A stretch of DNA of 64,000 bases from Planctomycetota bacterium (lineage in GTDB: Bacteria > Planctomycetota > B15-G4 > SIAN01). The position numbers and the translations under genes are program-made. A model generated the notes under the pieces. That model ran no database searches, was not told the origin of the DNA, and saw only the letters and a program-made list of their open reading frames with translations. Shown piece after piece: positions 1-8,864 of this stretch. Position 1 is the first letter of the stretch. Every line of letters begins with the position of its first letter. The stretch covers positions 46,763 through 110,762 of the forward strand of contig JANNXA010000024.1 of NCBI GenBank assembly GCA_031409275.1, read 5' to 3'.

Positions 1-114
1 TTCGGAGCGCGTCGCGAAGGGGCGACCGGTGACGCGGTCGATCTGCGCCATCGCCACCGGGGCTCCGCACGTCAGCGCGAATCCGGCCGCGAGGAGGATC
101 GGGAGCTGGCTCAT
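1..114 (-). CDS. ggt: Gamma-glutamyltransferase, N-terminal fragment (runs off the window edge)
   Basis: Own translation from ATG at 114: MSQLPILLAAGFALTCGAPVAMAQIDRVTGRPFATRSE. Signal peptide followed by a DRxTGxxFATRSE stretch typical of secreted bacterial GGT N-termini; only 38 aa visible. Confidence 0.65.
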   Translation of the reverse strand, partial: MSQLPILLAAGFALTCGAPVAMAQIDRVTGRPFATRSE

Positions 115-162
115 GCGGCGGACGCTACGGCCGCCGCGTCGCGCCGAGAAGCACCCCCTCGT

Positions 163-765
163 TCAGCGCGGGGCCGACTGACGCGCGGCAACGTACTCCT
201 TCGCGCGCGCTTCGAATTCCGGCGTCTTCAGCCCGACCGACTTCGCCTCGGCCGTCGCCGCATCGAGCGCGAGGCCGCCATCGAGCGTCCGCCACGCGAG
301 CCAGAGCGCGCCGACGCGGTTGGCGCTGGCGCAGTGGACGAGCGCCGGTCGCTCGATGCCGTTCAACAGCTCGCGCGCGCGATCGAAGACGGCGTCGGTC
401 AGCTCGTCCTTGTTGCTGAAGGGCAGCGTGACGTAGGTGAGGCCGAGCTGCTGCACGACCGCCGCCTCATCGAAGCCGATCGGCTCGCCCGGCTTGCGCA
501 GGTTGAGGACCGTCTTGATGCCGTTGCTCTTCGCCTGCGCGAGGTCGTCGGCCGACGGCTGGCTCGCCAGAAAGAGGCCGTTCCAGGTGTGCAGTCGCTG
601 GATCGTGCCGCAGGTGGCGGGCTCGAGCTTGTCGGTCGTGATGGCGTGGTGCTCGATCGCGGTTGCGGGAGAGGGCGGCGAAGCGGGCGTCGGTGATGGC
701 GACTCGCAGGCGGACAGCAGCAGCGACGCAAACGCTCCGAGGCTGCGAACGGGTGGGCGGCTCAT
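163..765 (-). CDS. DUF442 / tyrosine-phosphatase-fold lipoprotein (possible sulfur transferase or phosphatase)
   Basis: Lipobox-like LLLSAC; SQP, VLNLR and CX5R loop HCASANR; start trimmed to MSRPP. Confidence 0.8.
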   Translation of the reverse strand: MSRPPVRSLGAFASLLLSACESPSPTPASPPSPATAIEHHAITTDKLEPATCGTIQRLHTWNGLFLASQPSADDLAQAKSNGIKTVLNLRKPGEPIGFDEAAVVQQLGLTYVTLPFSNKDELTDAVFDRARELLNGIERPALVHCASANRVGALWLAWRTLDGGLALDAATAEAKSVGLKTPEFEARAKEYVAARQSAPR

Positions 766-928
766 CGGACCGTGCTCCTGGATTCGGGGGCGAGATGGGG
801 AGAGCCGCGCACGCGACTCCTCCCCTCGCCAGGATGAAGCACATTTCGCGCCGGCGTCGCCACCCGCGCCCACCGCTCGCGCGGCTACACTCCCGCCCCT
901 TGCACGCACCTGAAGGAGGGAGAACCCG

Positions 929-2305
929 ATGCAGACTCGCGCCTCGTTCCGACCGACCTTTCGCGCGGCCGCCGGCCTGGTGGCGCTGACCGCCACCCTC
1001 GCCCTGCCCGGCTGCGGCGACTCGCCCTCGAGCGGCGGCGGCAGTTCGGCCGCCGTCGACACCAAGCCGCTCACCATCTGGTGGTTCGAGTGGGCGCCGC
1101 CGAAGGGGCTGCGCGAACTCTCCAAGGAGTTCACCGCGCAGACCGGCATCGCCGTCGACGTGCAGGAGATCCCGCTCAAGAGCTACCAGGACAAGACGTT
1201 CCTCGAGTTCGGCAACGCGACGACGAGCCACCCGACGACCTTCGACATCGTCATCGGCGACAGCCAGTGGATCGGCCGCGGCGCCAGCAAGGGGCTCTAC
1301 GTCGACCTGACCGACTGGCTGCCGACGGTCGTCGACATGAAGACGATCCACGACCGTGCGGCGAAGTACTTGTGCGAGTACCCCGAGGGGAGCGGACGCT
1401 GGTTCGCGGCGCCGGCCGAGACCGATGCCATCGGCCTCGCCTACCGCAAGGACTGGTTCGACGATCCGAAGGAGCAGGCCGCGTTCGCGGCGAAGTACGG
1501 CCGACCGCTGGCGGTGCCCGACAGCTGGGACGACTTCAAGCAGGTCGCCGAGTTCTTCCAGCGCCCCGATCAGAAGCGCTTCGGATGCACGCTGCTCTCC
1601 GGCCGCGGCTACGACGCGCTGACCATGGGGCTGCAGAACCTGCTGTGGGCGTACGGCGGCGCGTGGCATGCCGAAGGCAGCAACGCCGTGAAGGGGACGC
1701 TCGACTCGCCCGGCACCGTCGCAGCGATCGAGATGTACCGCGAGCTGTTGAAGCTCGGGCCGAAGGGCGCGGAGAACCTCGACTACGGCGAGTCGATTGC
1801 CAACTTCGAGAACGAGTCGACGGCGATCGCGCTCAACTACTTCGCCTTCTTCCCCGGCCTGGCGCAGAAGTTCGGCGACCGCGTCGGATTCGCGGTGGTG
1901 CCGAAGGGTCCCAAGGGCCGCGTCGCCAGCCTCGGCGGCCAGGGCTTCAGCATCTCCACCAAGATCGCGGCCGCGCGCCAGGAGCAGGCGAAGAAGTTCA
2001 TCGCCTGGTTCCTGCAGAAGAGCGTCCAGGAGCAGTGGATCACCAAGCCGGGCGGCTTCACGGCGCACACCGAGATCCTGAAGAGCGACACCTTCCGCAA
2101 GGCGACCGCCTACAACGCGCCGTTCGCCGACTCGATCGACTCGATGCGCGACTTCTGGAACGTCCCCTGCTTCAACGAGCTGCTGACGGAGACGCAGAAG
2201 TACGTCGGCCAGGCAATCGACGGCGAGATGGACCCGATGGCCGCGATGCAGAAGCTCGCCGAAGAGAAAGAGCGCATCCTCAAAGAGAACGGCCTGCTGA
2301 AGTAG
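929..2305 (+). CDS. Sugar/polyol ABC transporter substrate-binding lipoprotein (CUT1)
   Basis: RBS AGGAGG; lipobox ALPGC; LTIWWFEW, TGIAV, FDIVIGDSQWIG, YRKDWF, LGGQG motifs. Confidence 0.92.
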   Translation: MQTRASFRPTFRAAAGLVALTATLALPGCGDSPSSGGGSSAAVDTKPLTIWWFEWAPPKGLRELSKEFTAQTGIAVDVQEIPLKSYQDKTFLEFGNATTSHPTTFDIVIGDSQWIGRGASKGLYVDLTDWLPTVVDMKTIHDRAAKYLCEYPEGSGRWFAAPAETDAIGLAYRKDWFDDPKEQAAFAAKYGRPLAVPDSWDDFKQVAEFFQRPDQKRFGCTLLSGRGYDALTMGLQNLLWAYGGAWHAEGSNAVKGTLDSPGTVAAIEMYRELLKLGPKGAENLDYGESIANFENESTAIALNYFAFFPGLAQKFGDRVGFAVVPKGPKGRVASLGGQGFSISTKIAAARQEQAKKFIAWFLQKSVQEQWITKPGGFTAHTEILKSDTFRKATAYNAPFADSIDSMRDFWNVPCFNELLTETQKYVGQAIDGEMDPMAAMQKLAEEKERILKENGLLK

Positions 2306-2356
2306 CGAGTCAAGCAGGGCGTCCCGCGAGAGGCGACGCCTGGCCCGACCGCTTAA

Positions 2357-2678
2357 GAGCGCCTAACAGCCCGTTGGAGCACTCCCCGTGTCGCCTGGCG
2401 GCGTCTTTCAAGCCGGTACTTCGTCGGAGTCTCTCGACAACTCACCGGGGAGTTGGCTTCGAACCTCCTCCTCGTCCCGACTCGAAATTCGCTCGGCAGA
2501 CTCGCGGTGACTTCTCCAACGGGCTGCTAACAGAATGTCCGCTGCGTTCGACCGGCTGCGGCCACCCAGGACTTCGTCGACCTCCATCGGCGACTCTTCA
2601 GAGTCGCCTGCTTCGGCCTCCTCGTCCTGCGCGGCCTCGCTCGGTCTCGGCGCGACAAGTCCATTCTGTTAGGCGCTC
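2357..2678. mobile_element. MITE family B copy 1 (158 bp net), interrupted in its left TIR by a family A element
   Basis: TIR GAGCGCCTAACAGAATG / CATTCTGTTAGGCGCTC, flanked by TAA direct repeats (2354-2356, 2679-2681); near-identical uninterrupted copy at 63851. Confidence 0.9.
2367..2526. mobile_element. MITE family A copy 1 (160 bp)
   Basis: TIR CAGCCCGTTGGAG / CTCCAACGGGCTG; CTAA duplication at 2363-2366 and 2527-2530; homologous to copies at 45246, 51270 and 62937 (opposite orientation). Confidence 0.93.
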
Positions 2679-2732
2679 TAAGGAGCGTGGGGCCAGGCGC
2701 GTCAACGTGCCGCGGTCGTGATCAGGACTCGA

Positions 2733-2984
2733 TCACGACTCGTCGTCGAGCGTGAAGCCGATCTTCACCGTGACCTGCCAGTGGGCGATCTTGCCGTCCT
2801 CGAGAGAGCCGCGCGTCTCGGTGATCTGGAACCAGCGCAGGTTCCGCAGCGTCTTCGCAGCACGCATCACGGCGTTGTTCACGGCATCGTCACTCGACTT
2901 GCTCGACGAGCCCACCAGCTCGGCGATCTTGTAGACGTTGGCAGCGCTCTTCTGCGGGTCGTTCTTCTGCTTGCCGTTCTTCAT
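2733..2984 (-). CDS. Dodecin family flavin-binding protein
   Basis: [11 protein letters not shown]...[18 protein letters not shown]...[19 protein letters not shown] upstream of ATG at 2984. Confidence 0.95.
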   Translation of the reverse strand: MKNGKQKNDPQKSAANVYKIAELVGSSSKSSDDAVNNAVMRAAKTLRNLRWFQITETRGSLEDGKIAHWQVTVKIGFTLDDES

Positions 2985-3119
2985 GCGAATCTCCTGGAAT
3001 AGGCGGTCCCGCACGCAGAAATGCGCGCGCGGACGTTCGCACCCTAGCGACCTAGGACGCAGTCCCGCGCTGCCATCGCAGCGTCGATTCACGCGCAGAT
3101 CGCGTGGATCGGCGCTCCC

Positions 3120-5060
3120 TCACTCTTCGCGCGGCGGCACGACGCGACGTCGCTCGCCCGCGACCAGCGTCAATTGCTGGGTCCTCTTGCGGCCATCGTT
3201 GTCGATCCACTCGAGCGTGACGGCGCCGGCCGGCACGAACAACTCGACCTCCGACCGAATGACGTTTTTCTTCGGATCCGCGTAGGCGCTCCCGCACTTC
3301 GCGAGGCAGACGCCCTCCGCGAGGACCCGCACGCCAACGGCGTGGCTGACACCCGGGTTCTCCTCGCCGTCGAGCACGGCATCCGCGACCGGAGAGGGAT
3401 CCACTTCAAGGATCGCCGCCTTGCCGACGCGTGCCGCAATCGTCGAGGTGCCGCGCGCCTGTACGACGAAGCCGCGCACCAGCGCGACCTCGCTCTCGCC
3501 GGCGAAGACGAGGACGTCGTAGGTGCCGGGTTCGAAACCCACTCGCTGAAGCTCGAGTCCGTTCTCGCGCTGCTCGAACCGCTCCGCGCGATCGAGCTGT
3601 GGCACCTGCGAGCCGTCCGGGCGAAAGAAGCGGACCTCGCGAACGGCCCGCTCCGCGCCGGCCTCGTCATGCGCTTGCACCACCACCCGCTGCTGCAGCT
3701 CGACACGGACCACCACCTCGCCGGAGCTGACTCGTGCCTTCACCGGTTCCCGTGTCGCCAGCGATTCGTCGAGCGACGTGCCGGCCAGTGTCAGCACCGT
3801 GCGATTCGTCGCACCCCGAAAGCGGAAGCGCCCCTCCTTGTCGGTGGCGACGCTGGCCATCCACTCGACCGTTCCATCCTTCTCGATGAAACGCGTTCCG
3901 ACCGTCCCAACGACCGGAGCGTCGTCAGGCCCGACCAGCCGGCCAACGATCTCGAGGCCGCGCTCGACCACCAATTCGAGCCACGCGGAGCGCGCCCCTT
4001 CGCGCACTTCGACCCATCCGCTGGCCGGACCATGGCAGGCGCCCGCCGCAGCGCCGCGCTCCTCGGCATCGGCCGCGAAGATCGCGAATCCGCTGGCGAC
4101 GTCGGGCCAGACGAAGCGGCCGTCGCCGTCGGTGACGATCCTGGCCCCCGACCAGCGCATCGCCCCGTAGATCGGCTCGGCTTCGCGCGCGGCGCGATCG
4201 GCAGCGGCGGCCCCGAGTTCGAGCGGCACGCAGCGGTGCCAATCCACCGCCGTGTCGGGAACCGGCACCCCGTTCGAATCGACCACCCTTCCGCTCACGA
4301 GCGGGCCGCCGCGCAGCTTCCAGCGCTTCACGATCCCCTCGCCAGCCGTGAAACGCATCGTCACGACGTCGCAATCGAGCAGCGCAAGCCCTTCGGTCAG
4401 TTCGACCTCGAGTTCGCGGTCGGTCGGCACGTCGGCGATCAACGCCTCGCCTCGCGCGTCGGTGGTCGCTTCCACCACGAAGCGCACCGCGCCGATCCGT
4501 TCGAGCAGCCGCACCGTGACGCCCGACGCGGGGCGGCCATCCGCCTCCAGGACGGTGGCGCGCAGCCGCGCCGGTCGCGTGAGCTGGATCACGAGCGGTT
4601 CGACGTCGGTGCGGCCGAGTTCCTGGCTGGCGACGGCGCGCGGCGCGTAGCCCTCCGCCGCGATCACGAGCCAATCGTCCTCCGCCGCCGCGAGCGCGAA
4701 ACGCCCGTCGTCGTCGCTGCGCCCTTCGACCCGCATCCGCTGCAGCGACCAGACGTCGCGGCGCAGCATCCCGCCGTTGGCGGACGCCGGCCAGCCGATC
4801 GGCGCCTCGGCCAGCGCGATGCCGGTCGCCGCATCCATGACGCGACCGTATCGCTGCGTCGTCACGCGCGTCGCGGTGCGCGCGGCCTCGCTGCTCGCCG
4901 GCGTCGCGACTTCGTCCGGCGCCGCGTCGTACACCGGTGCCTGGCGAACGACCGGTTCGAGCGACGGCCTCTCACGCTGCCACCAGGCGACGAACGCAGC
5001 GATCCCGGCGGCAGTCACCACCACCGTCACGGCGATCGGCAGCAGTCGCACCGCTCGCAT
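3120..5060 (-). CDS. Membrane-anchored carboxypeptidase-regulatory-like (transthyretin-like beta-sandwich) repeat protein
   Basis: N-terminal TM helix; repeated GRVxDxxGxP...T/SDxxGRF modules. Confidence 0.75.
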   Translation of the reverse strand: MRAVRLLPIAVTVVVTAAGIAAFVAWWQRERPSLEPVVRQAPVYDAAPDEVATPASSEAARTATRVTTQRYGRVMDAATGIALAEAPIGWPASANGGMLRRDVWSLQRMRVEGRSDDDGRFALAAAEDDWLVIAAEGYAPRAVASQELGRTDVEPLVIQLTRPARLRATVLEADGRPASGVTVRLLERIGAVRFVVEATTDARGEALIADVPTDRELEVELTEGLALLDCDVVTMRFTAGEGIVKRWKLRGGPLVSGRVVDSNGVPVPDTAVDWHRCVPLELGAAAADRAAREAEPIYGAMRWSGARIVTDGDGRFVWPDVASGFAIFAADAEERGAAAGACHGPASGWVEVREGARSAWLELVVERGLEIVGRLVGPDDAPVVGTVGTRFIEKDGTVEWMASVATDKEGRFRFRGATNRTVLTLAGTSLDESLATREPVKARVSSGEVVVRVELQQRVVVQAHDEAGAERAVREVRFFRPDGSQVPQLDRAERFEQRENGLELQRVGFEPGTYDVLVFAGESEVALVRGFVVQARGTSTIAARVGKAAILEVDPSPVADAVLDGEENPGVSHAVGVRVLAEGVCLAKCGSAYADPKKNVIRSEVELFVPAGAVTLEWIDNDGRKRTQQLTLVAGERRRVVPPREE

Positions 5061-5098
5061 CCTCGCTCCCGTTGCGCCTCGCCCCCGTCGCGCCTCGC

Positions 5099-5881
5099 TC
5101 AGCTCCCGCCATCGCGCAGCGCGCGCGCCGCGGCCGCGACCGTCGCATTGGCGTAGCGCAGGACGAAGTGGCCGTCGCGCCGGTGCTCGGGATCGAGATC
5201 GCAGAGCACGACGTCGTAGCCGCAGTACTGCGCCAGCGCGCGGATCGCCTCAGGCGAGCTCCAATCGAAGCAACCCGTGGTCGGATCGCTGTTGGCCGCC
5301 AGCACGCGCGGCACGTCGCCGACCAGCTTGCGCAGACCGTTGGCGGACGTGCCGTCGGCGAAAGTGCCGATGAACCAGCCCCCCAATTGCAGCACTTCGG
5401 TCGCGCCAAGGAGCAGCGCCGCCAGCTGATGGGCGGTGAGGTGGACCAGCGTGTCGATCGAGAAGAGCGCGTCGACACGACCGCTCCAGCCTTGCTGCGT
5501 CGCTGCGCGACTCACCGCGTTGGCATCGCGCTCATCGATCAGCGCGAGCACCACCCGCCCTTGCGTCACTTCCTTCGCGAAGCGCTGCCGGCAGAGCTTC
5601 TGGAACTGCTCCGAGACGTCGAGCGCCAGCAGCTCGACGGCGGGCGCGGCGGCCAGCACGCGCGCGGTGTACTTGCCCGCCCCCGGCCCGACTTCGATGG
5701 CGTGCTTCCACGTCGCGACGCCGCACGGCTCGAAGAGGCGGCGAAACCACGCCGACCAGAGGCGCTCGTCGCCCCACTCGTCGCCCGGCCAACCACCCGG
5801 CGGCGGCTGCGAGCGCGCCGCGTAGTCATCCCACGCTGCGGCGAACTTGCCATCCGTGGCTGCCATCGCGTCCCTCGTCAC
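5099..5881 (-). CDS. Class I SAM-dependent methyltransferase
   Basis: IEVGPGAG motif I, LDVS, FSIDTLVHL; GTG start overlaps upstream TGA. Confidence 0.85.
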   Translation of the reverse strand: MTRDAMAATDGKFAAAWDDYAARSQPPPGGWPGDEWGDERLWSAWFRRLFEPCGVATWKHAIEVGPGAGKYTARVLAAAPAVELLALDVSEQFQKLCRQRFAKEVTQGRVVLALIDERDANAVSRAATQQGWSGRVDALFSIDTLVHLTAHQLAALLLGATEVLQLGGWFIGTFADGTSANGLRKLVGDVPRVLAANSDPTTGCFDWSSPEAIRALAQYCGYDVVLCDLDPEHRRDGHFVLRYANATVAAAARALRDGGS

Positions 5882-7902
5882 GGCTCATCGATCACCACTT
5901 CCTCGCGGCCACCCGCCACGAGTTCCAGATCGCGCACCACCGTACCCGCGCCGAGGCCTACGCGCAGGCGCACCGGTCCCGCCGGTGCGGTGAAGCGCTG
6001 CGTCGAGCCGAGCGCGAGCTCGCCAGCGGCGATGACCACCGCACCGCTCTGCAATGCGACTTGCGCGAGCGTCACCGGGCCGGCGCGGTAGCGCACCTCG
6101 ACGGTGGCGCCGCGCTGCAACACCACGTCGACCGCACGCGTCTCTCCTTCGGCCAGCGTGACCCCCTCGAGGAAGCCGGCGAAGCCGTCGGTGGTCGTCG
6201 CTCCGAGCGTGAAGTTCCCGGCAGGCAGCCCGTCGAAGCGGTCATCGCTGCTCGGCGTCGCACCGCGACCGCCCGTCCACGCGATCGCGTCGCCGCCTTG
6301 CTGAACCAGCAGGAAGCTCGCGGCAACCGGTTCGCCGCGCCCGTCGAAGCGCGCCACCATCACCAGCGCCGCGGCATCGGCGACCTCGATGCGCAGATCG
6401 CGGCTGCCCGCGCGCGCGTTCAGCGGCGGCGCGGCGGCGTAGCGCAAATCGGACGGCAGGAAGCGCAGCTCGTAGTCGCCTTCGGAGAGCGGCCCGGCGC
6501 GGAAGTTCCCTTCGACGTCGGCGTAGCTCGGGACCTCGCCGGCGATCGCGTTCCCGAGCTCGCGGACGCGCAACGTTCCCGGCACCGGCCCACCGCGCCG
6601 ATCGAGAGCGCGCCCCGTGACGAAGAGGCCGCGCTGCGCCTGCAGTTCCACCTCGCTCGAAACGCTGCCGGCCGGCAACGACAGCGGCTGCGCGAGCGGG
6701 ACGAGATCGCCGCCGGCATGGCCGAGCCCGATCCGTGACCACGCCGCCGGCCCGATCCAGTAGTCGCCCGCCGCCACCGCGCCCCAATCGAAGCGCCCCT
6801 CCTCGTCGGTGAAAGCGCGCGCGACGACGTGCGACTCGTCGCCGGGAGTGAAGAAGGCGCTCTCCGCGTTGCGGTCGAGCTGCGCGCCCTGCGTCGCCAA
6901 CCAGATCAGCACGTCGGCGAGCGGCGCGCCGGTCTCATCGAGGAGACGTCCGCGCAGCTTGATGCCGCCGCCCAGTTGCCACGTGCGCTCGACCGTCGCG
7001 CCCGGTTCCATGCGAAGCGCGGTCGCCTCCACGATCGCCAGCTGGCCCGGCATCGACTCGGGCGGCACCACCGTGAACGAAAGGGCGGAGGAGGCGGGCA
7101 GCCCGGCGATCGTCGCGCGGCCGTCGCGATCGGTGGTGGCGGCCAACACGATCGGGGGCCCGCGCAACACCCCTTCTCCTGACCGATCGGTGCCGCGAAG
7201 GACGACGTCGAACGCGTCGAGCGCGTGCAGCGAGGCCACGACGTCGGCCCCCTCGATCGGCAGCTCACCCGCGCCCAGCACGCGCGCCTGAAGGCGGCAC
7301 TCGACGTCGAGTTCGACTGGCGCCGGCAACGCCGCATCGATCGACAGCTCTTCCGTCGTGACCCAACGCAGTCCGAAGCCGGACGCGCGCACGAAGAGGA
7401 GCCCTGGATCGGACGCCTGCGCCGGCAGCGTGAAACGGCCATCAGCGTCGCTGATCGCCAGCGGTCGCGCCGCCGGAACGAAAAGCAATACAAACGGAAT
7501 GCGCCACGGGTCGCCGCGCGGTTCCTCGCCAACGAGCTCCGCCCCCTCGATCGGCGTGCCGTTCGTGGCGGTGACGCGACCGTGCAGCGGCGGCGACGGC
7601 GGGTTCGCTCTCGGTGGCCAGGCGCTCGCGTCGTGTGGCTCGTCCGGACCTCGTGCTGGCTTGAGGTCGGAAGCCGTTGCTTGCGACGCTTCCGATCGCG
7701 GCGGCGGCACCGCGGAGCGCACCGGCGATGGCAGTGGCGCCGTCGCATCGCTCGCCTCGCGCTCCACTCGACCGTTCTGCACCAGCCGTGGGCCCGCCAA
7801 GCCAAGCCACCACCACGCCGCACCCGCGAGCGCCGCGAAGGCGACGAGGAGCGCCACCGCCGCCGCCAACGCGCGGCCGCTCGTCAAGCCTCGTCGCTGC
7901 AT
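5878..7902 (-). CDS. Membrane-anchored carboxypeptidase-regulatory-like repeat protein
   Basis: N-terminal TM, Pro/Ala linker, repeats GRVTATNGTPI..SDADGRF and GRLLDETGAPL..TDEEGRF. Confidence 0.75.
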   Translation of the reverse strand: MQRRGLTSGRALAAAVALLVAFAALAGAAWWWLGLAGPRLVQNGRVEREASDATAPLPSPVRSAVPPPRSEASQATASDLKPARGPDEPHDASAWPPRANPPSPPLHGRVTATNGTPIEGAELVGEEPRGDPWRIPFVLLFVPAARPLAISDADGRFTLPAQASDPGLLFVRASGFGLRWVTTEELSIDAALPAPVELDVECRLQARVLGAGELPIEGADVVASLHALDAFDVVLRGTDRSGEGVLRGPPIVLAATTDRDGRATIAGLPASSALSFTVVPPESMPGQLAIVEATALRMEPGATVERTWQLGGGIKLRGRLLDETGAPLADVLIWLATQGAQLDRNAESAFFTPGDESHVVARAFTDEEGRFDWGAVAAGDYWIGPAAWSRIGLGHAGGDLVPLAQPLSLPAGSVSSEVELQAQRGLFVTGRALDRRGGPVPGTLRVRELGNAIAGEVPSYADVEGNFRAGPLSEGDYELRFLPSDLRYAAAPPLNARAGSRDLRIEVADAAALVMVARFDGRGEPVAASFLLVQQGGDAIAWTGGRGATPSSDDRFDGLPAGNFTLGATTTDGFAGFLEGVTLAEGETRAVDVVLQRGATVEVRYRAGPVTLAQVALQSGAVVIAAGELALGSTQRFTAPAGPVRLRVGLGAGTVVRDLELVAGGREEVVIDEP

Positions 7903-7973
7903 CGCTTGCCTCCCGTTCGGGCTCGCCAACGTCCCGGCCCGTCGCGCCGCTCGCGCCCTACAATCGCGCCCCC

Positions 7974-8864
7974 ATGAAGATCCGCAAAGCGGTGATCACG
8001 GCGGCCGGTCCCGATCAGCGCGAGCTGCCGCTGCAGCGACTCGTCGATCGCGACGGTTCGGCGAAGTCGGCGCTGCGCCTGCTGCTCGACGAGGCGGCGG
8101 CCGCCGGCATCGGCGAGGTGGCGATCATCGTCCACCCCGACGATGGCGAGCGCTACGCCGCCGCGACGGGGGCGCCAGGCGGGGCGCCGCGCGTCGCCGA
8201 TGGCGTCGAGCCCAAGCTCCACTTCGTGCCACAGGCGGCTGCGCGCGGCTATGCCGATGCGCTGTTGCAGGCGCGCGACTTCGTTGGCGACGAGCCCTTC
8301 CTCCACTTGGTGGGCGACCATCTCTTCCTGCCGCGCGGCGAGTTGCGCCCCGCCGCTGAACTCGTCGCGGTGGCGCAGCGTGAAGGGGCCGCCGTCTCGG
8401 CGGTGCAGTCGACGCGCGAATCGCATCTGCGCGAGTACGGCGTGGTCGGCGGGCCGCGCGTCGCCGGCCGCGAGCGCCTCTTCGCCATCGACGCGGTGCT
8501 GGAGAAGCCGACTCCGACCGAAGCGGAGCAGACGCTCTTCGTGCCGGGACTGCGCGCCGGCCACTACCTCTGCTTCTTCGGGATGCACGTGCTGCCGGCC
8601 GCGATCTTCGACGCCCTCGCACAGGCGCTGCGCGACGCCGCCGAACCGCGCCGCGTCTCGTTGACGCACGCGCTCGCCACCCTGCCGGGCCGCGCGCGCT
8701 GGCTCGCGCTCGAAGTCGCCGCCACCCGCTTCAATCTCGGCGAGAAGTACGGGCTGCTGATCGCGCAGCTCGCGCTGGGACTTTCTGGGCGCGATCGCGA
8801 CGACGTGCTGGCGCAGGTGACGGAACTCCTGCTCGCTCGCGAAAAGGGTCGCGCCCAAAAATGA
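7974..8864 (+). CDS. Sugar-phosphate nucleotidyltransferase family protein (GalU-like, divergent)
   Basis: [12 protein letters not shown] start; [22 protein letters not shown] motifs. Confidence 0.85.
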   Translation: MKIRKAVITAAGPDQRELPLQRLVDRDGSAKSALRLLLDEAAAAGIGEVAIIVHPDDGERYAAATGAPGGAPRVADGVEPKLHFVPQAAARGYADALLQARDFVGDEPFLHLVGDHLFLPRGELRPAAELVAVAQREGAAVSAVQSTRESHLREYGVVGGPRVAGRERLFAIDAVLEKPTPTEAEQTLFVPGLRAGHYLCFFGMHVLPAAIFDALAQALRDAAEPRRVSLTHALATLPGRARWLALEVAATRFNLGEKYGLLIAQLALGLSGRDRDDVLAQVTELLLAREKGRAQK

